A DNA stretch of 64,000 bases from an uncultured delta proteobacterium (GTDB lineage: Bacteria > Myxococcota > Myxococcia > Myxococcales > Myxococcaceae): the NCBI GenBank assembly GCA_963796055.1, contig CAWCKH010000005.1:1-64000 (forward strand), read 5' to 3'. Under the pieces are notes generated by a model that made no database searches, was not told the origin of the DNA, and was given only the letters and a program-made list of their open reading frames with translations. Shown in pieces: positions 39,446 through 51,961 of the stretch. Numbering within the stretch: the first letter of the stretch is position 1; the number at the start of each line of letters is the position of its first letter. Position numbers and translations under genes: made by a program.

Positions 39446-40429
39446 TCACGCCAGCGTGATCCGGTTCCGCCGCGGGCGGGCAGGAGTGCCGGGTGCGAGC
39501 AACGTCCGCCCTCCGCCCTCGGACCGCGCCAAGGCCAGGGCATCCGTCGCGTCCCGGAACAGCTTGCCGAAGCTCAGCTCCCCCCCTCCCTCGATGGGCA
39601 CGTGCGATGCGACCCCGGCCGACGCCGTGAGGTACGTCCGCTGGAGACCGGTGAGCTTCTCCCGCAGCCGCTCCGCCACCACCATCGCTCCCTCGGCCGG
39701 GGTATGGGGCAGGAACACCACCCAGCTGCCAGGGTGGAAGGCCGAGACCAGGTCCGTGTCCCGCAGGTGCTTGGCGAGCACGCCCTTGGCCCCCGCCAGG
39801 AGCGCCCGCACGTCGGTCGTCTCCAGCTCCGGCATCCGCGAAGCGAAGGCGTCGTAGGCCACGACGATGAAGGCCACCGGGTAACGGTACCGTCGCGAGC
39901 GCTTGACCTCGCGGGCCAGCAGCGACCGGAAGGCCCCGAAGTCCGCCGCCTGCGTGGGGCCCCCGCTCGGCTCCGGCATCGGCACCGGGTCGTCTTCCAG
40001 CTTCAGTCCGAACCCCTCGTCGCCCTCGGGCAGCTCGGGCGCACGCCGGACCAGCCGCGCCTTTCCGCGAAGCTCGGCCAAGGCGAGCACGTTGCGCACG
40101 CAGGAGAGCACCGTCCCCTGCTTCAACGGCCCCTGCAGACACGCCTCCGCCCCTGCCCGGTGCGACCGGCCATCCGGATCCCCCTCCTCGGGTGCGTAGA
40201 CCAGGATGACCGGAAAGTCCGGGTCACGGGCCTTCAACGCCGCGCAGACCGCCTCGGCGTCGAATCGGTCGGACTCGGAGGCAATGAGGAGGTCTGCCCC
40301 GAAGCTGGTGACAGCCTCGAGGGTCTCGTCCTCGTCCCTCGCGGCACGGACCTCGTACTTGCCCTCCAGGAATCCCCGGAGGGCGCCGGCCACGGCGGGG
40401 CTCGCATCGGCAACGACGATCCGGCTCAG
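39446..40429 (-). CDS. Receiver domain + degenerate GGDEF protein
   Basis: RIVVADASP receiver start (needs CTG 40429; first GTG is 40393); REVKRSRRYRYP, LRDTDL, AERLR, LTASAGVA; signature replaced by FHPGSW. Confidence 0.8.
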   Translation of the reverse strand: MSRIVVADASPAVAGALRGFLEGKYEVRAARDEDETLEAVTSFGADLLIASESDRFDAEAVCAALKARDPDFPVILVYAPEEGDPDGRSHRAGAEACLQGPLKQGTVLSCVRNVLALAELRGKARLVRRAPELPEGDEGFGLKLEDDPVPMPEPSGGPTQAADFGAFRSLLAREVKRSRRYRYPVAFIVVAYDAFASRMPELETTDVRALLAGAKGVLAKHLRDTDLVSAFHPGSWVVFLPHTPAEGAMVVAERLREKLTGLQRTYLTASAGVASHVPIEGGGELSFGKLFRDATDALALARSEGGGRTLLAPGTPARPRRNRITLA

Positions 40430-40989
40430 ACCTCCATCACCTCTTTCTCTTTCTTGGCGACGATCTGGTCCACCTGGGTCACCCCGCCGTCGGTCTCCTT
40501 CTGGACCCGCTCGCCGGCGCGCTTGTTCTCGTCCTCGGTGATCTTCTTGTCCTTGAGCAAAGCCTTGAGGCGCTCGTTCGCGTCCCGGCGCTCGTTGCGG
40601 ATGGCGACCTTGTGCTCCTCGCCCTTGGTCTTCACCTGCTTGGCGATCTCCTTGCGCCGCTCCTCGGTGAGCGCCGGAATGGGGAGGCGGATGAGCTCGC
40701 CGTCGTTCATCGGGGTGAGGCCCAGGTTGGCCTCGCGGAGCGCCTTCTCCACGTCCTTCAGCAGCCCCTTCTCCCAGGGCTTCACGGTGATCAGCCGGGG
40801 CTCGGGAACTGCCAGGCTGGCCACCCCGGCCAGCGGGGTGGGCGTGCCGTAGTAGTTGACCCGCACGCCCTCCAGCAGACTCAGCGAGGCCCGGCCGGTG
40901 CGAATCTTCGCCAGCTCGCGCTTGAGGTCCTCCAGCGCCCGGTCGATGCGCCCTTTCAGGTCCTTCACCACGTCGTCCGTCACCGCCAT
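40426..40989 (-). CDS. frr: Ribosome recycling factor
   Basis: IRTGRAS, YYGTPTPL, PALTEERRKE, VAIRNERRD. Confidence 0.97.
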   Translation of the reverse strand: MAVTDDVVKDLKGRIDRALEDLKRELAKIRTGRASLSLLEGVRVNYYGTPTPLAGVASLAVPEPRLITVKPWEKGLLKDVEKALREANLGLTPMNDGELIRLPIPALTEERRKEIAKQVKTKGEEHKVAIRNERRDANERLKALLKDKKITEDENKRAGERVQKETDGGVTQVDQIVAKKEKEVMEV

Positions 40990-41013
40990 GTGCTGCCCTC
41001 CTGCGAGGCGTCC

Positions 41014-41760
41014 TTACGCCCAGCTCGTCTCCGCCGCCCCCACCAGGGTGCCGAGCTCACCGGAACCGGTGACCGCCCGCCGGATGTTCCCGTGCGCGGT
41101 GAGGTCGAAGACGACGATGGGAAGCTCGTTGTCCATGCAGAGCGAGATGGCCGTCGAGTCCATCACGTGCAGGTTCTGCCGGAGCACGTCCATGTACGTC
41201 AGTGTCCGGTACCGGCGCGCCGAGGGATTCTTCTTCGGGTCCGAGTCGTAAACCCCGTCCACCTTGGTGGCCTTGAAGATGACCTCGGCGCCGATCTCCA
41301 TCGCCCGGAGCGAGGCCGCGGTGTCGGTGGTGAAGAAGGGGTTCCCGGTTCCGGCGGCGAAGATGACCACCCGCCCCTTCTCGAGGTGCCGCACCGCGCG
41401 CCGGCGGATGTAGGGCTCGGCGATCTGCTCCATCTTGATCGCCGACTGAACGCGGGTGAAGACGCCGTGCTTCTCCAGCGCATCCTGCAGCGCCATGGCG
41501 TTGATCACCGTGGCCAGCATCCCCATGTAGTCGGCGTTGGCTCGGTCCATCCCCGCGGTGGAGGCGGAGACCCCGCGGAAGATGTTCCCCCCGCCGATGA
41601 CCACCGCGATCTGCACGCCCGCCTTCACCACCTCGCCGATCTCGGTGGCGATGCGCTCCAGGGTCGGAGGGTGGATTCCGTACTTCGCTTCCCCCATCAG
41701 GGCCTCGCCCGACAGCTTGAGGAGAATTCGGCGGTACCGGAGAGAGGGGGGCGCGGTCAC
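41014..41760 (-). CDS. pyrH: UMP kinase
   Basis: [29 protein letters not shown]. Confidence 0.98.
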   Translation of the reverse strand: MTAPPSLRYRRILLKLSGEALMGEAKYGIHPPTLERIATEIGEVVKAGVQIAVVIGGGNIFRGVSASTAGMDRANADYMGMLATVINAMALQDALEKHGVFTRVQSAIKMEQIAEPYIRRRAVRHLEKGRVVIFAAGTGNPFFTTDTAASLRAMEIGAEVIFKATKVDGVYDSDPKKNPSARRYRTLTYMDVLRQNLHVMDSTAISLCMDNELPIVVFDLTAHGNIRRAVTGSGELGTLVGAAETSWA

Positions 41761-41877
41761 GTTCCATCGCTTCTACCCCGCGCCCGGCAGGGGCGGCAAC
41801 GAACGGCGCACGTCTCGCCGGGCGAGGTTGCAGCGGACTCTCCCCCCCGGCGATCCTCCGGCGCCGGGGGAGGGACG

Positions 41878-43395
41878 ATGCTGGAGCCTCTGAGGCAGGA
41901 GGAGGAGGCGGGAGTTCGCGCGCCGTCGGCCGCCGGGCGGCTCCTCCCGGTCTGCCTCCTGCTGGTCGCGGTCTCGCTTCCGGCGAGGCTGGTGAACCTC
42001 GGCGCCCCTCCGCTCGACCGGCACGACTTCCGGCAGACCCAGACGGCGATCACCGTCTGGACCTTCCTCGAGGGGTCGCCGAGCGTCCTCCACTACCAGA
42101 CACCGGTCCTCGGACCGCCCTGGGAGGTGCCCTTCGAGCTCCCCGCCTTCCAGCTCTCGGCCTATGCCGTGGCCCGGAGCAGCGGCCTTCCGCTCGACCT
42201 CGCCTGCCGGCTCACGGCGTTGCTGTGGTTCTACCTCTCGGCGTGGGCGCTCTTCGCCCTGGTCCGGGCCCGGGGAGACGCCAGGCTGGCGGCGGCCTCG
42301 CTCGCGGTCTACCTCCTGACGCCCTTCACCGTGGTGTGGAGCCGCGCGGTGCTCATCGACTTCGCCGCGGTCGGCCTCGGCCTGGGCGCGCTGCACCTCA
42401 CGCTCCGCTGGCTCGATACCCGGAAGCTCTTGCCCGCGGCAGGCGCGCTCCTGCTCGGGTCCCTGGCCGGAATGACGAAGCTCACCACCCTGGTCGGGAT
42501 CCTGGCCGCGGGCGCGGTATTCGGGCTCGGCGACCTCCGCCGGGCGCTTCGTTCAGGGCCGGTGCCGGGCCGCCTGCGCGCGGCGGCGGGGACCCTTGCC
42601 CTCGCGGCCGTCCCCCTGGCGGCGGGCGTCGTCTGGACCCGCTGGACGGACCGGATCAAGGCGGCACAGCCGGCGACGGCCTGGCTCACCTCGGAACGTC
42701 TGTGGACCTGGAACTTCGGAACGCTCGCCCAGCGGGGGCACTGGGAGCCGTGGGGGGAGATCCTCGGCCGCATCGGCTGGACACTGCTCCCCGGGGCCCT
42801 GGTGCTCGCGGTGCCCCTGGCGCTGGCCAGCCTTCGCCACAAGGGCGGCGAGGGTCGCGCCCTGGTGCCGGGGGCCCTGGTCGGGGTCATGGTGCCGATC
42901 CTCGTCTTCTTCAACCTCTACGCGGTGCACGACTACTACCTCATCGCCGCAGCGCCATTCCTGGCAATCCTCGGGGGGGCAGGCGTGCTCCACGGGGCCT
43001 CGCTCCTCGAAGCGAGCGGCCGGCGCCGGTGGATCGGCCCGGCACTCGGGCTGCTCGTGCTGAGCACCATCCCGGCGTGGTGGTACGCGCAGGAGGCGTA
43101 CGCAGTGAACTCCGAGGTGCCGATCGCCCGGCTGGGCCGGCTCCTCCAGCGGACCACCCGGCCCGACCAGTGGGTGGTGGTGCAGGGGGACCAGTGGAAC
43201 TCGCGGATCCTCTACTCCGCCCGCCGCCGCGGCTTCATGCACTGGGAGGGCCACACCGACCTGACGCCTCTGGCCGGGCGGCCCGAATTCGGTGCCCTGG
43301 CTTGCAAGGAGTGCACGCCAGCGCTCCTGGCCCTCTTCCCGCGCCGGCAGCTCGTGGGCCGGGAGGCGGAGTTCGACGTCTACCGGCTCTGGTGA
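41878..43395 (+). CDS. ArnT/GT39-like polytopic membrane glycosyltransferase
   Basis: DRHDFRQTQTA, PFELP, WSRAVLID, HDYY motifs with many TMs. Confidence 0.75.
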   Translation: MLEPLRQEEEAGVRAPSAAGRLLPVCLLLVAVSLPARLVNLGAPPLDRHDFRQTQTAITVWTFLEGSPSVLHYQTPVLGPPWEVPFELPAFQLSAYAVARSSGLPLDLACRLTALLWFYLSAWALFALVRARGDARLAAASLAVYLLTPFTVVWSRAVLIDFAAVGLGLGALHLTLRWLDTRKLLPAAGALLLGSLAGMTKLTTLVGILAAGAVFGLGDLRRALRSGPVPGRLRAAAGTLALAAVPLAAGVVWTRWTDRIKAAQPATAWLTSERLWTWNFGTLAQRGHWEPWGEILGRIGWTLLPGALVLAVPLALASLRHKGGEGRALVPGALVGVMVPILVFFNLYAVHDYYLIAAAPFLAILGGAGVLHGASLLEASGRRRWIGPALGLLVLSTIPAWWYAQEAYAVNSEVPIARLGRLLQRTTRPDQWVVVQGDQWNSRILYSARRRGFMHWEGHTDLTPLAGRPEFGALACKECTPALLALFPRRQLVGREAEFDVYRLW

Positions 43396-43398
43396 GGG

Positions 43399-44052
43399 TT
43401 ACTTCTGGCCGAGCGTCCTGGCGACCTCGGCGGCGAGATCTTCCTTCTTCTTCTCGATGCCCTCGCCCACCTGGTAGCGGGTGAAGCGGCGGATCGAGAT
43501 GTTCTCGCCGATCTTGGCGATCGCCTCGGTCACCACCTCGTGGACCTTCTTCTTGTCGTCCTTCACGAAGGGCTGGTCCACCAGGCAGACGGTCTCGAAG
43601 TACTTCTCGATCTTTCCGGTGAGGATCTTCTCGATCATCGCCTCGGGCTTCTTCTGCTCCCGGAGCTTGACCCGCTCGATCTCCCTTTCCTTCTCCAGGA
43701 CGTCGGCAGGGATCTCCTCGCGACGGACGTACTGGGGGCCGAGCGCGGCGATGTGGAGGGCGAGGTCTCGCACCAGGTGCTGGAAGTCCTCGTTCCGGGC
43801 GACGAAGTCGGTCTCGCAGTTCACCTCCACCAGCACCCCCACCTTGCCGTTGTGGACGTAGGCGCCGACCAGACCCTCCGCGGCGGTGCGGCCGGCCTTC
43901 TTGGCCGCCCCGGTGATGCCCTTCTTCCGGAGCCACTCCTCGGCCCTGGTGAAGTCGCCGGCGTTCTCGGCCAGCGCCTTCTTGCAGTCCATCATCCCCG
44001 CTCCGGTCTTCTCCCGGAGCTCCTTCACCATCGCGGCGGACACCTCGGCCAT
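43399..44052 (-). CDS. tsf: Elongation factor Ts (short form)
   Basis: [29 protein letters not shown]. Confidence 0.98.
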   Translation of the reverse strand: MAEVSAAMVKELREKTGAGMMDCKKALAENAGDFTRAEEWLRKKGITGAAKKAGRTAAEGLVGAYVHNGKVGVLVEVNCETDFVARNEDFQHLVRDLALHIAALGPQYVRREEIPADVLEKEREIERVKLREQKKPEAMIEKILTGKIEKYFETVCLVDQPFVKDDKKKVHEVVTEAIAKIGENISIRRFTRYQVGEGIEKKKEDLAAEVARTLGQK

Positions 44053-44114
44053 CGCTCGTTCTCTCTCGTTCGGGGACCGGAGCGAGCGCGGGGCACGCTC
44101 CGGTTCCGGCGCTG

Positions 44115-45101
44115 CTACTCGGCGGTCCGGGTCTCGCCTTCGGCGGTCTGCTCCTCACCGACCGAGCCCACGTCACCGCCCGCCTCCACCGGTGGGTGAG
44201 GCTGACCCTTGATCTCCACGGTGGGCCCGCGGCGCTCACCAGCGGCGGCCAGGCCCCTCGGGCCACGCTCGCGGTCCGGACGGCGCCCGAACCGGCGCTC
44301 CTCGCGGCCGGCGGGGCGGTCCGCCTGCTGACCGTCCTGCTCGTCGCGCTCGCTGGCGCCCGAGGCACGGTAGCGGGCCGAGCCCTCGATGCAGGCGTCG
44401 GCGATCTTCGAGGTGAAGAGCTTGATCGAGCGGATCGCGTCGTCGTTCCCGGGGATGACGAAGTCGATCCCGTCCGGGTCGCAGTTGGTGTCGACCACCC
44501 CGATGACCGGGATGCCGAGGCGGCTCGCCTCGTGGACCGCGATGTGCTCCTTCTTCGGGTCGATGACGAACACGCAGCCGGGGAGCCGGGTCATGTCCTT
44601 CACCCCGCCCAGGTTGCGCTCCAGCTTCTCCCGCTCGCGCTCCAGCGAGGCGACCTCCTTCTTGGGGAGGCGGTCGAAGGTGCCATCCTCGGCCATCTTC
44701 TCCAGGGTCTTCAGCCGGTCGATGCCCTGCTTGATGGTGCGGAAGTTGGTCAGCGTGCCGCCCAGCCAGCGGCTGGTGACGTAGAACTGCCCGGCGCGAA
44801 CGGACTCCTCGCGGATGACGTCCTGGGCCTGCTTCTTGGTGCCGACGAAGAGCACGCTCGAGCCGCGGGCGGTGACGTCGGCGACGAAGCGGAAGGCCGC
44901 GCGGGCGAGCGCCACGGTCTTCTGCAGATCGATGATGTAGATGCCGTTGCGGGCGCCGAAGATGTACGGCTTCATCTTCGGGTTCCAGCGCTTGGTCTGG
45001 TGGCCGAAGTGAACGCCGGCCTCCAAGAGCTGCTTCATGGTGATGCCGCCCGGGGCCGCGATGGCCTGGGCCTGTGTCTCGACGTTTTCCTGGGTGTCCA
45101 A
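44115..45101 (-). CDS. rpsB: 30S ribosomal protein S2
   Basis: [44 protein letters not shown] start after AAGGA RBS. Confidence 0.97.
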   Translation of the reverse strand: MDTQENVETQAQAIAAPGGITMKQLLEAGVHFGHQTKRWNPKMKPYIFGARNGIYIIDLQKTVALARAAFRFVADVTARGSSVLFVGTKKQAQDVIREESVRAGQFYVTSRWLGGTLTNFRTIKQGIDRLKTLEKMAEDGTFDRLPKKEVASLEREREKLERNLGGVKDMTRLPGCVFVIDPKKEHIAVHEASRLGIPVIGVVDTNCDPDGIDFVIPGNDDAIRSIKLFTSKIADACIEGSARYRASGASERDEQDGQQADRPAGREERRFGRRPDRERGPRGLAAAGERRGPTVEIKGQPHPPVEAGGDVGSVGEEQTAEGETRTAE

Positions 45102-45225
45102 AATCGATTCCTTCGACGGGTTGGTTGTTGTCCGCCACGCGCCGTCAACGGAGCGGCCCCACTCCGGAAGCGAACCGTTCGCCCCGGAGCACCTGGGACC
45201 GACCTCGAGCACGTGTGTGAGGTGG
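45102..45225 (-). ncRNA. rpsB leader (t44-like) autoregulatory RNA
   Basis: CACACACG...GGTGCTCCGG...CCGGAG...GTGGCGGACAACAACC immediately upstream of rpsB, matching the position and look of t44. Confidence 0.6.
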
Positions 45226-45349
45226 TACGACGGCAAAAAGAACGACACCTCCAGCGCCCCGATGCACCATGGGACGTGGAGGTGGAGCGCTCTAACAGAG
45301 CGCGTCGAGCCAGGCAAACCGCGCGGACTTGAGCCGCTCAGCCGCTCAT

Positions 45350-45463
45350 CTACGAGCCCCCGCAGTCGCATGGGTTGACCAAGACGAACAGCGCGAGCGC
45401 CACGACAGCGAGGTGCTGGTGTGAAACCTGCCACGCGACAAGTCGACGAAGGATGCGATCCAA
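45350..45463 (-). CDS. Possible small membrane peptide (37 aa; 47 aa from ATG 45493)
   Basis: TTG start after [43 protein letters not shown]. Confidence 0.35.
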   Translation of the reverse strand: MDRILRRLVAWQVSHQHLAVVALALFVLVNPCDCGGS

Positions 45464-45575
45464 GGTCTGCCCCCTGTGTCCCCGTACACCCATGGGAGAA
45501 GGTGGCTAGACGACCACAAGGTCGCCGAACAAGCAACCGTGTGTGCAAACTGTGGGAAAGGTGTGGAAAGCTGGC

Positions 45576-46805
45576 TTAACCGGGCGGAGCGGCCAGCGAC
45601 GGCACGGACACTGGCAGTGGACCCACGACCAGATTCCGGCCAGACCGCTTCGCCGTGTAGAGGCGCTGGTCCGCCGCGTTGAGCACCGCCTCGAAGCTCC
45701 CACCATCCGCAGGCCAGCTCGCCACGCCGGCGCTCAGGGTCATCCGCTCGCCGCTCGGCCCGAGCCCGGTCTCCGCGACACGCCGGCAGAGGTCGTTCAC
45801 GCGATCGAGCGCGAGCTGGACGTCCATTCGGGGAAACGCAATGACGAATTCCTCACCACCGTAGCGCGCCACCAGGTCAGTGGTACGGACCGCCAGCCGC
45901 AGCTGCTCGGCGATCCCTTCGAGCGCGTGGTCTCCTGCGAGATGCCCGAAGCTATCGTTGAACCGTTTGAATTCGTCGACGTCGAACACCGCCACGCTGA
46001 GAATGCTCCGCCCGGGGTCCGCCCGGGCGAGCTCCTCTTCGACGCGCTCGAGGAACGGGCGACGCTGTAGCAGCCCGGTCAGGTGGTCGGTGCCGATCAT
46101 CAGCCGAAGATGACGAGCCCACTGAGCGACGGCGACCACACCGGCCCCGTGTCCGAGGAGGATGAGTAGTCGGTTCACGAACGGCGCTGGCGAGAACTTT
46201 CCCTGTGAGGGATTGCTGAGCGTTGCGAGATCCCAGTGCAGCGCAACGTAACCCGTGAGCCCGCCGAACTGTGCCAGAGCCAGTAAGGTGGTGAACGCGG
46301 AGAGCCGCCAGTCGTAGCGAAGCGCCGAGATGGTGATCGCCACGAAGTACGCCTCGAAGCTCACGCGGTTGTTGACCACCAGCAGAGGCGCATCCAGCAG
46401 GAGAAACGAACCAATGCTCACGCTGGCGAAGGTGACGTCGAGCGCGCTGGTCACCCACGGTACCCAGGAGGCCGTCACCCGCGTGGCCACCCGCAGGAGC
46501 AGCAAGCCGTATCCGAGCGCCAACGATCCCATCGCCAGCGAGTAGAGGAACAACGAACCGGATCGAAGCGAGAAGGAGATGCTCGACGCCACCAGCGCGG
46601 CGATGATTGCCAGTCGAACCAGCGCGACGAGTCGTTCGCTCGCGGCGCGAGCGCGCACGAGCGCATGATCCGGCTCGGTCGCGAAGAACGCTCCAACCCT
46701 TCCAGCGATGTCTCGCGCGGAGATCACACCGGCGCGGATGTTGCCAGAGCGCAGGCAAGCATGCGCTCGGCTCTTTTGTGGGAGAGCGGCCCCACCTGTG
46801 CGCAT
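45576..46805 (-). CDS. Membrane-anchored diguanylate cyclase
   Basis: About 6 TMs, then TDHLTGL, DVDEFKRFNDSFGHLAGD, RYGGEEF, ADQRLYTAK; start may be GTG 46727. Confidence 0.9.
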   Translation of the reverse strand: MRTGGAALPQKSRAHACLRSGNIRAGVISARDIAGRVGAFFATEPDHALVRARAASERLVALVRLAIIAALVASSISFSLRSGSLFLYSLAMGSLALGYGLLLLRVATRVTASWVPWVTSALDVTFASVSIGSFLLLDAPLLVVNNRVSFEAYFVAITISALRYDWRLSAFTTLLALAQFGGLTGYVALHWDLATLSNPSQGKFSPAPFVNRLLILLGHGAGVVAVAQWARHLRLMIGTDHLTGLLQRRPFLERVEEELARADPGRSILSVAVFDVDEFKRFNDSFGHLAGDHALEGIAEQLRLAVRTTDLVARYGGEEFVIAFPRMDVQLALDRVNDLCRRVAETGLGPSGERMTLSAGVASWPADGGSFEAVLNAADQRLYTAKRSGRNLVVGPLPVSVPSLAAPPG

Positions 46806-47025
46806 CCATCCGCGTCATGGGATGTGGGTGATCGTGGTTTTTGAATAGGCTGAAAATCCGAAACTTTCACGGCGATCCGATCTCGACCGCGCCGCAGCGC
46901 GCCAGCGCGCAACAGACGCGTGACCGAAGCGACAGACGCGTCGCGCACGCCGGGGCGATGCTGACCTGCCGTTGGATTCCTGCTTTAGATGACGTCCGTT
47001 CGTCACCGGACGGCGACCGCGAGCG

Positions 47026-49833
<2,808 letters not shown>

Positions 49834-49990
49834 TGATGTTCCAGTGCCGATGTAACCAGCCGGGCGGCGCTGCCAATCCCCCCGGGGGGCGCTCGCCGGC
49901 AGAAGGAAACACCTCCTCTAGCGGAGCCTTCCCCGGGATGCCAGCCGCCAGCGGTGGCCGGCAAACCCGGGGTGCTAGAGGAGCGGTCCC

Positions 49991-50698
49991 ATGCCCTCGA
50001 CGGTCGATGACGCGCTGGTGAACGCGGTGCTGGCGCTGCAGCCCTGGGTCCGGAGCCGCCCCGAGCAGGAGCGCTTCGGCGCGGCGCTCCGGGCGCTGGT
50101 GGAGGCGGAGGCGTGCCGGCGTGGGGAGCCGGACCCGGTCACCGGGGCGCTCCACGTCTCGGCGCTGACCCAGGGCCCGCTCCTCAGGCCCGAGTACGAT
50201 CTCTCGGTCCACGCCCACAGCGGCTGGAGCGTGGGCGCGCTCATCGCCGACGTCCGGGAGATGATCCACGTCAACCAGGACGCCGGCTTCGCGCTCGGAG
50301 ACCGCTTCCTCCGCGCGGTCGCCTCGGCGCTCTCCGGCGCGTTCCCGGGTGCGCCGGTCGTCCGCGTCCACACCGACTGCTTTGCTGCGCTGCTCGTCCC
50401 CTCCTCGGGTCTGGCGCTCGAGCCGGCGCACCTCGGCCTGGCCAGCGACGCGCTCCGGCGGGCGACGGACGCCTTCCGCGCGCAGCAGGGCGCCCCGCGT
50501 GGTCCGGTGGGATTCACCCTCTCGGCCCTCCGGCTCTCCGTCGTCGACCCGTCGCACTGGCAGGTGCTCGGTCCGCTCCTCTGGGCGGAGATCGAACGCG
50601 CCCACGTGCTCGCCCGGCGCGGTCTCGCCTCGGGAATCCAGGAGCGCACGCTCCGGCTCGACGGGCGCGTCCCGAGTGGTCCGACCGGGGGGTGGTGA
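49991..50698 (+). CDS. Degenerate GGDEF-fold protein
   Basis: DPVTGAL, LIADV...VNQDAGFALGDRFLRAVA; signature replaced by VHTDCF. Confidence 0.7.
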   Translation: MPSTVDDALVNAVLALQPWVRSRPEQERFGAALRALVEAEACRRGEPDPVTGALHVSALTQGPLLRPEYDLSVHAHSGWSVGALIADVREMIHVNQDAGFALGDRFLRAVASALSGAFPGAPVVRVHTDCFAALLVPSSGLALEPAHLGLASDALRRATDAFRAQQGAPRGPVGFTLSALRLSVVDPSHWQVLGPLLWAEIERAHVLARRGLASGIQERTLRLDGRVPSGPTGGW

Positions 50699-50856
50699 GC
50701 ACAGCGAGGCGGCAGAGACCGAAGCGAGACGGCGCACACGAGGAACGAGCAGCGGAGGCGTGCCTCGTGGCACGTCGAGCAGCGGAGCGACGAGGCTGCG
50801 CGTCGCAGCGAGGGGATCGGCCGCCGCAGCGGTCAGCACCCCCCGGTCGGAGCACT
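50675..50856. repeat. MITE/REP-like palindromic element
   Basis: 26-bp terminal inverted repeats with 3 mismatches (50675-50700 / 50831-50856; perfect core TCCGACCGGGGGGTG), internal hairpins, GAGCAGCGGAG present twice. Confidence 0.7.
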
Positions 50857-50864
50857 GTAGGCGC

Positions 50865-51788
50865 CTACTCCTCGAGGATGAACTTCCGCGGGTTCTCGGG
50901 AATCCCGTTCACCCGCACCTCGTAGTGCAGGTGGGGGCCGGTGGACCGGCCGGTGTTTCCCACCGCGCCCACCAGCTGTCCGCGCTTCACCCGGTCGCCG
51001 GTCTTCACCTCCAGCTTGCTCAGGTGACCGAAGCGGGTCTTGACCCCGTAGCCATGGTCGATGACCAGGACGTTGCCGTAGCCACCCTCGAGGCCGGCGA
51101 AGATGACCGTGCCGTCGGACGGGGCCACCACCTCCTTGCCGTGAGGTGCGGCGATGTCGAGACCTTCGTGCATCACGCGCTCGGCCGTATACGGGTCCAG
51201 CCGCTGCCCGAAGTCGGAGGTGACCCAGCCTCGCGCGGGCCATACCGAGGGCGTGGAGGCCAGCCGGCTCTTCTGGTCGAGGAAATACGACTGGAGCTCC
51301 TGGAGGCTTTTTTCCTGGCGGGTTGCGGACTCGCTCAGCTTGTCCAGCTTGGCGGCGAGGTTCCTCGGAGTCTCACTGGCCGACCCGGGCCGGGTGAACT
51401 CGGTCTCCGCGCTGGGGGTCGGGGTGACACCGGGCTCTCCGGCGGTCGGGCCCAGGGCCAGATTGCGCTGGGGGTCGGAGAGCAGGGTCACCGCGCGGAG
51501 CTTCTGGTCGAACCGCTCGACGCGCTCCAGGGTCGCCCCGATGTGCTCCATCCGCTCGCGGATGCTCTTCAGCTGGGTGCGCAGGGTCAGATTCTCGTCC
51601 CGGAGCAGCCGGTTCTCCGAGGCTTCGCGCACCAGGGCGAAGTAGTGGACCACCGCGGCGAGCAGCACCACCCCGGCCGCGGCGGCCCCGAGCGCCGCAT
51701 GGCGCAGCAGGCTCCGCTCGAGCTGAAAGCGCCGAACCGGAGCGTCATGGTCCGGGACGACAATCAGCGTGAGGGTCTTCTTGGCCAA
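50865..51788 (-). CDS. M23 family metallopeptidase with TM and coiled coil
   Basis: HEGLD, GYGN, HL, VGNTGRSTGPHLHYEV. Confidence 0.93.
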   Translation of the reverse strand: MAKKTLTLIVVPDHDAPVRRFQLERSLLRHAALGAAAAGVVLLAAVVHYFALVREASENRLLRDENLTLRTQLKSIRERMEHIGATLERVERFDQKLRAVTLLSDPQRNLALGPTAGEPGVTPTPSAETEFTRPGSASETPRNLAAKLDKLSESATRQEKSLQELQSYFLDQKSRLASTPSVWPARGWVTSDFGQRLDPYTAERVMHEGLDIAAPHGKEVVAPSDGTVIFAGLEGGYGNVLVIDHGYGVKTRFGHLSKLEVKTGDRVKRGQLVGAVGNTGRSTGPHLHYEVRVNGIPENPRKFILEE

Positions 51789-51961
51789 CGGTGGGGTCAC
51801 TCCAGGGGCAGCGCGCTTCCAGGCAGTCCGAACACCCAAGCAAGCTGTATTCCAGCATGCCTGCCCCCCATCCGTCCGGGGCGCCGCTCGGAGCCTGGCA
51901 GATTCTACAGTGTCAAGGCAGGAGAACCGCCCGGTGCAACAGAGGTGAAACGCCCACCTGC

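Noticed and set aside
43399..44052. Short EF-Ts as a truncation
   Set aside because: The short form is a normal variant in several bacterial lineages; motifs and termini are intact.
45102..45548. Long N-terminal extension of RpsB in the ORF track
   Set aside because: It runs through the leader RNA and promoter; RBS supports TTG 45101.
45540..45572. Three TGTG(C/G)-rich DnaA-box-like 9-mers
   Set aside because: Each has two or more mismatches to TGTGGATAA, with no dnaA or unwinding element nearby.
46815..47000. Possible c-di-GMP riboswitch upstream of the cyclase
   Set aside because: No recognisable class I or II consensus; looks like an AT-rich promoter.
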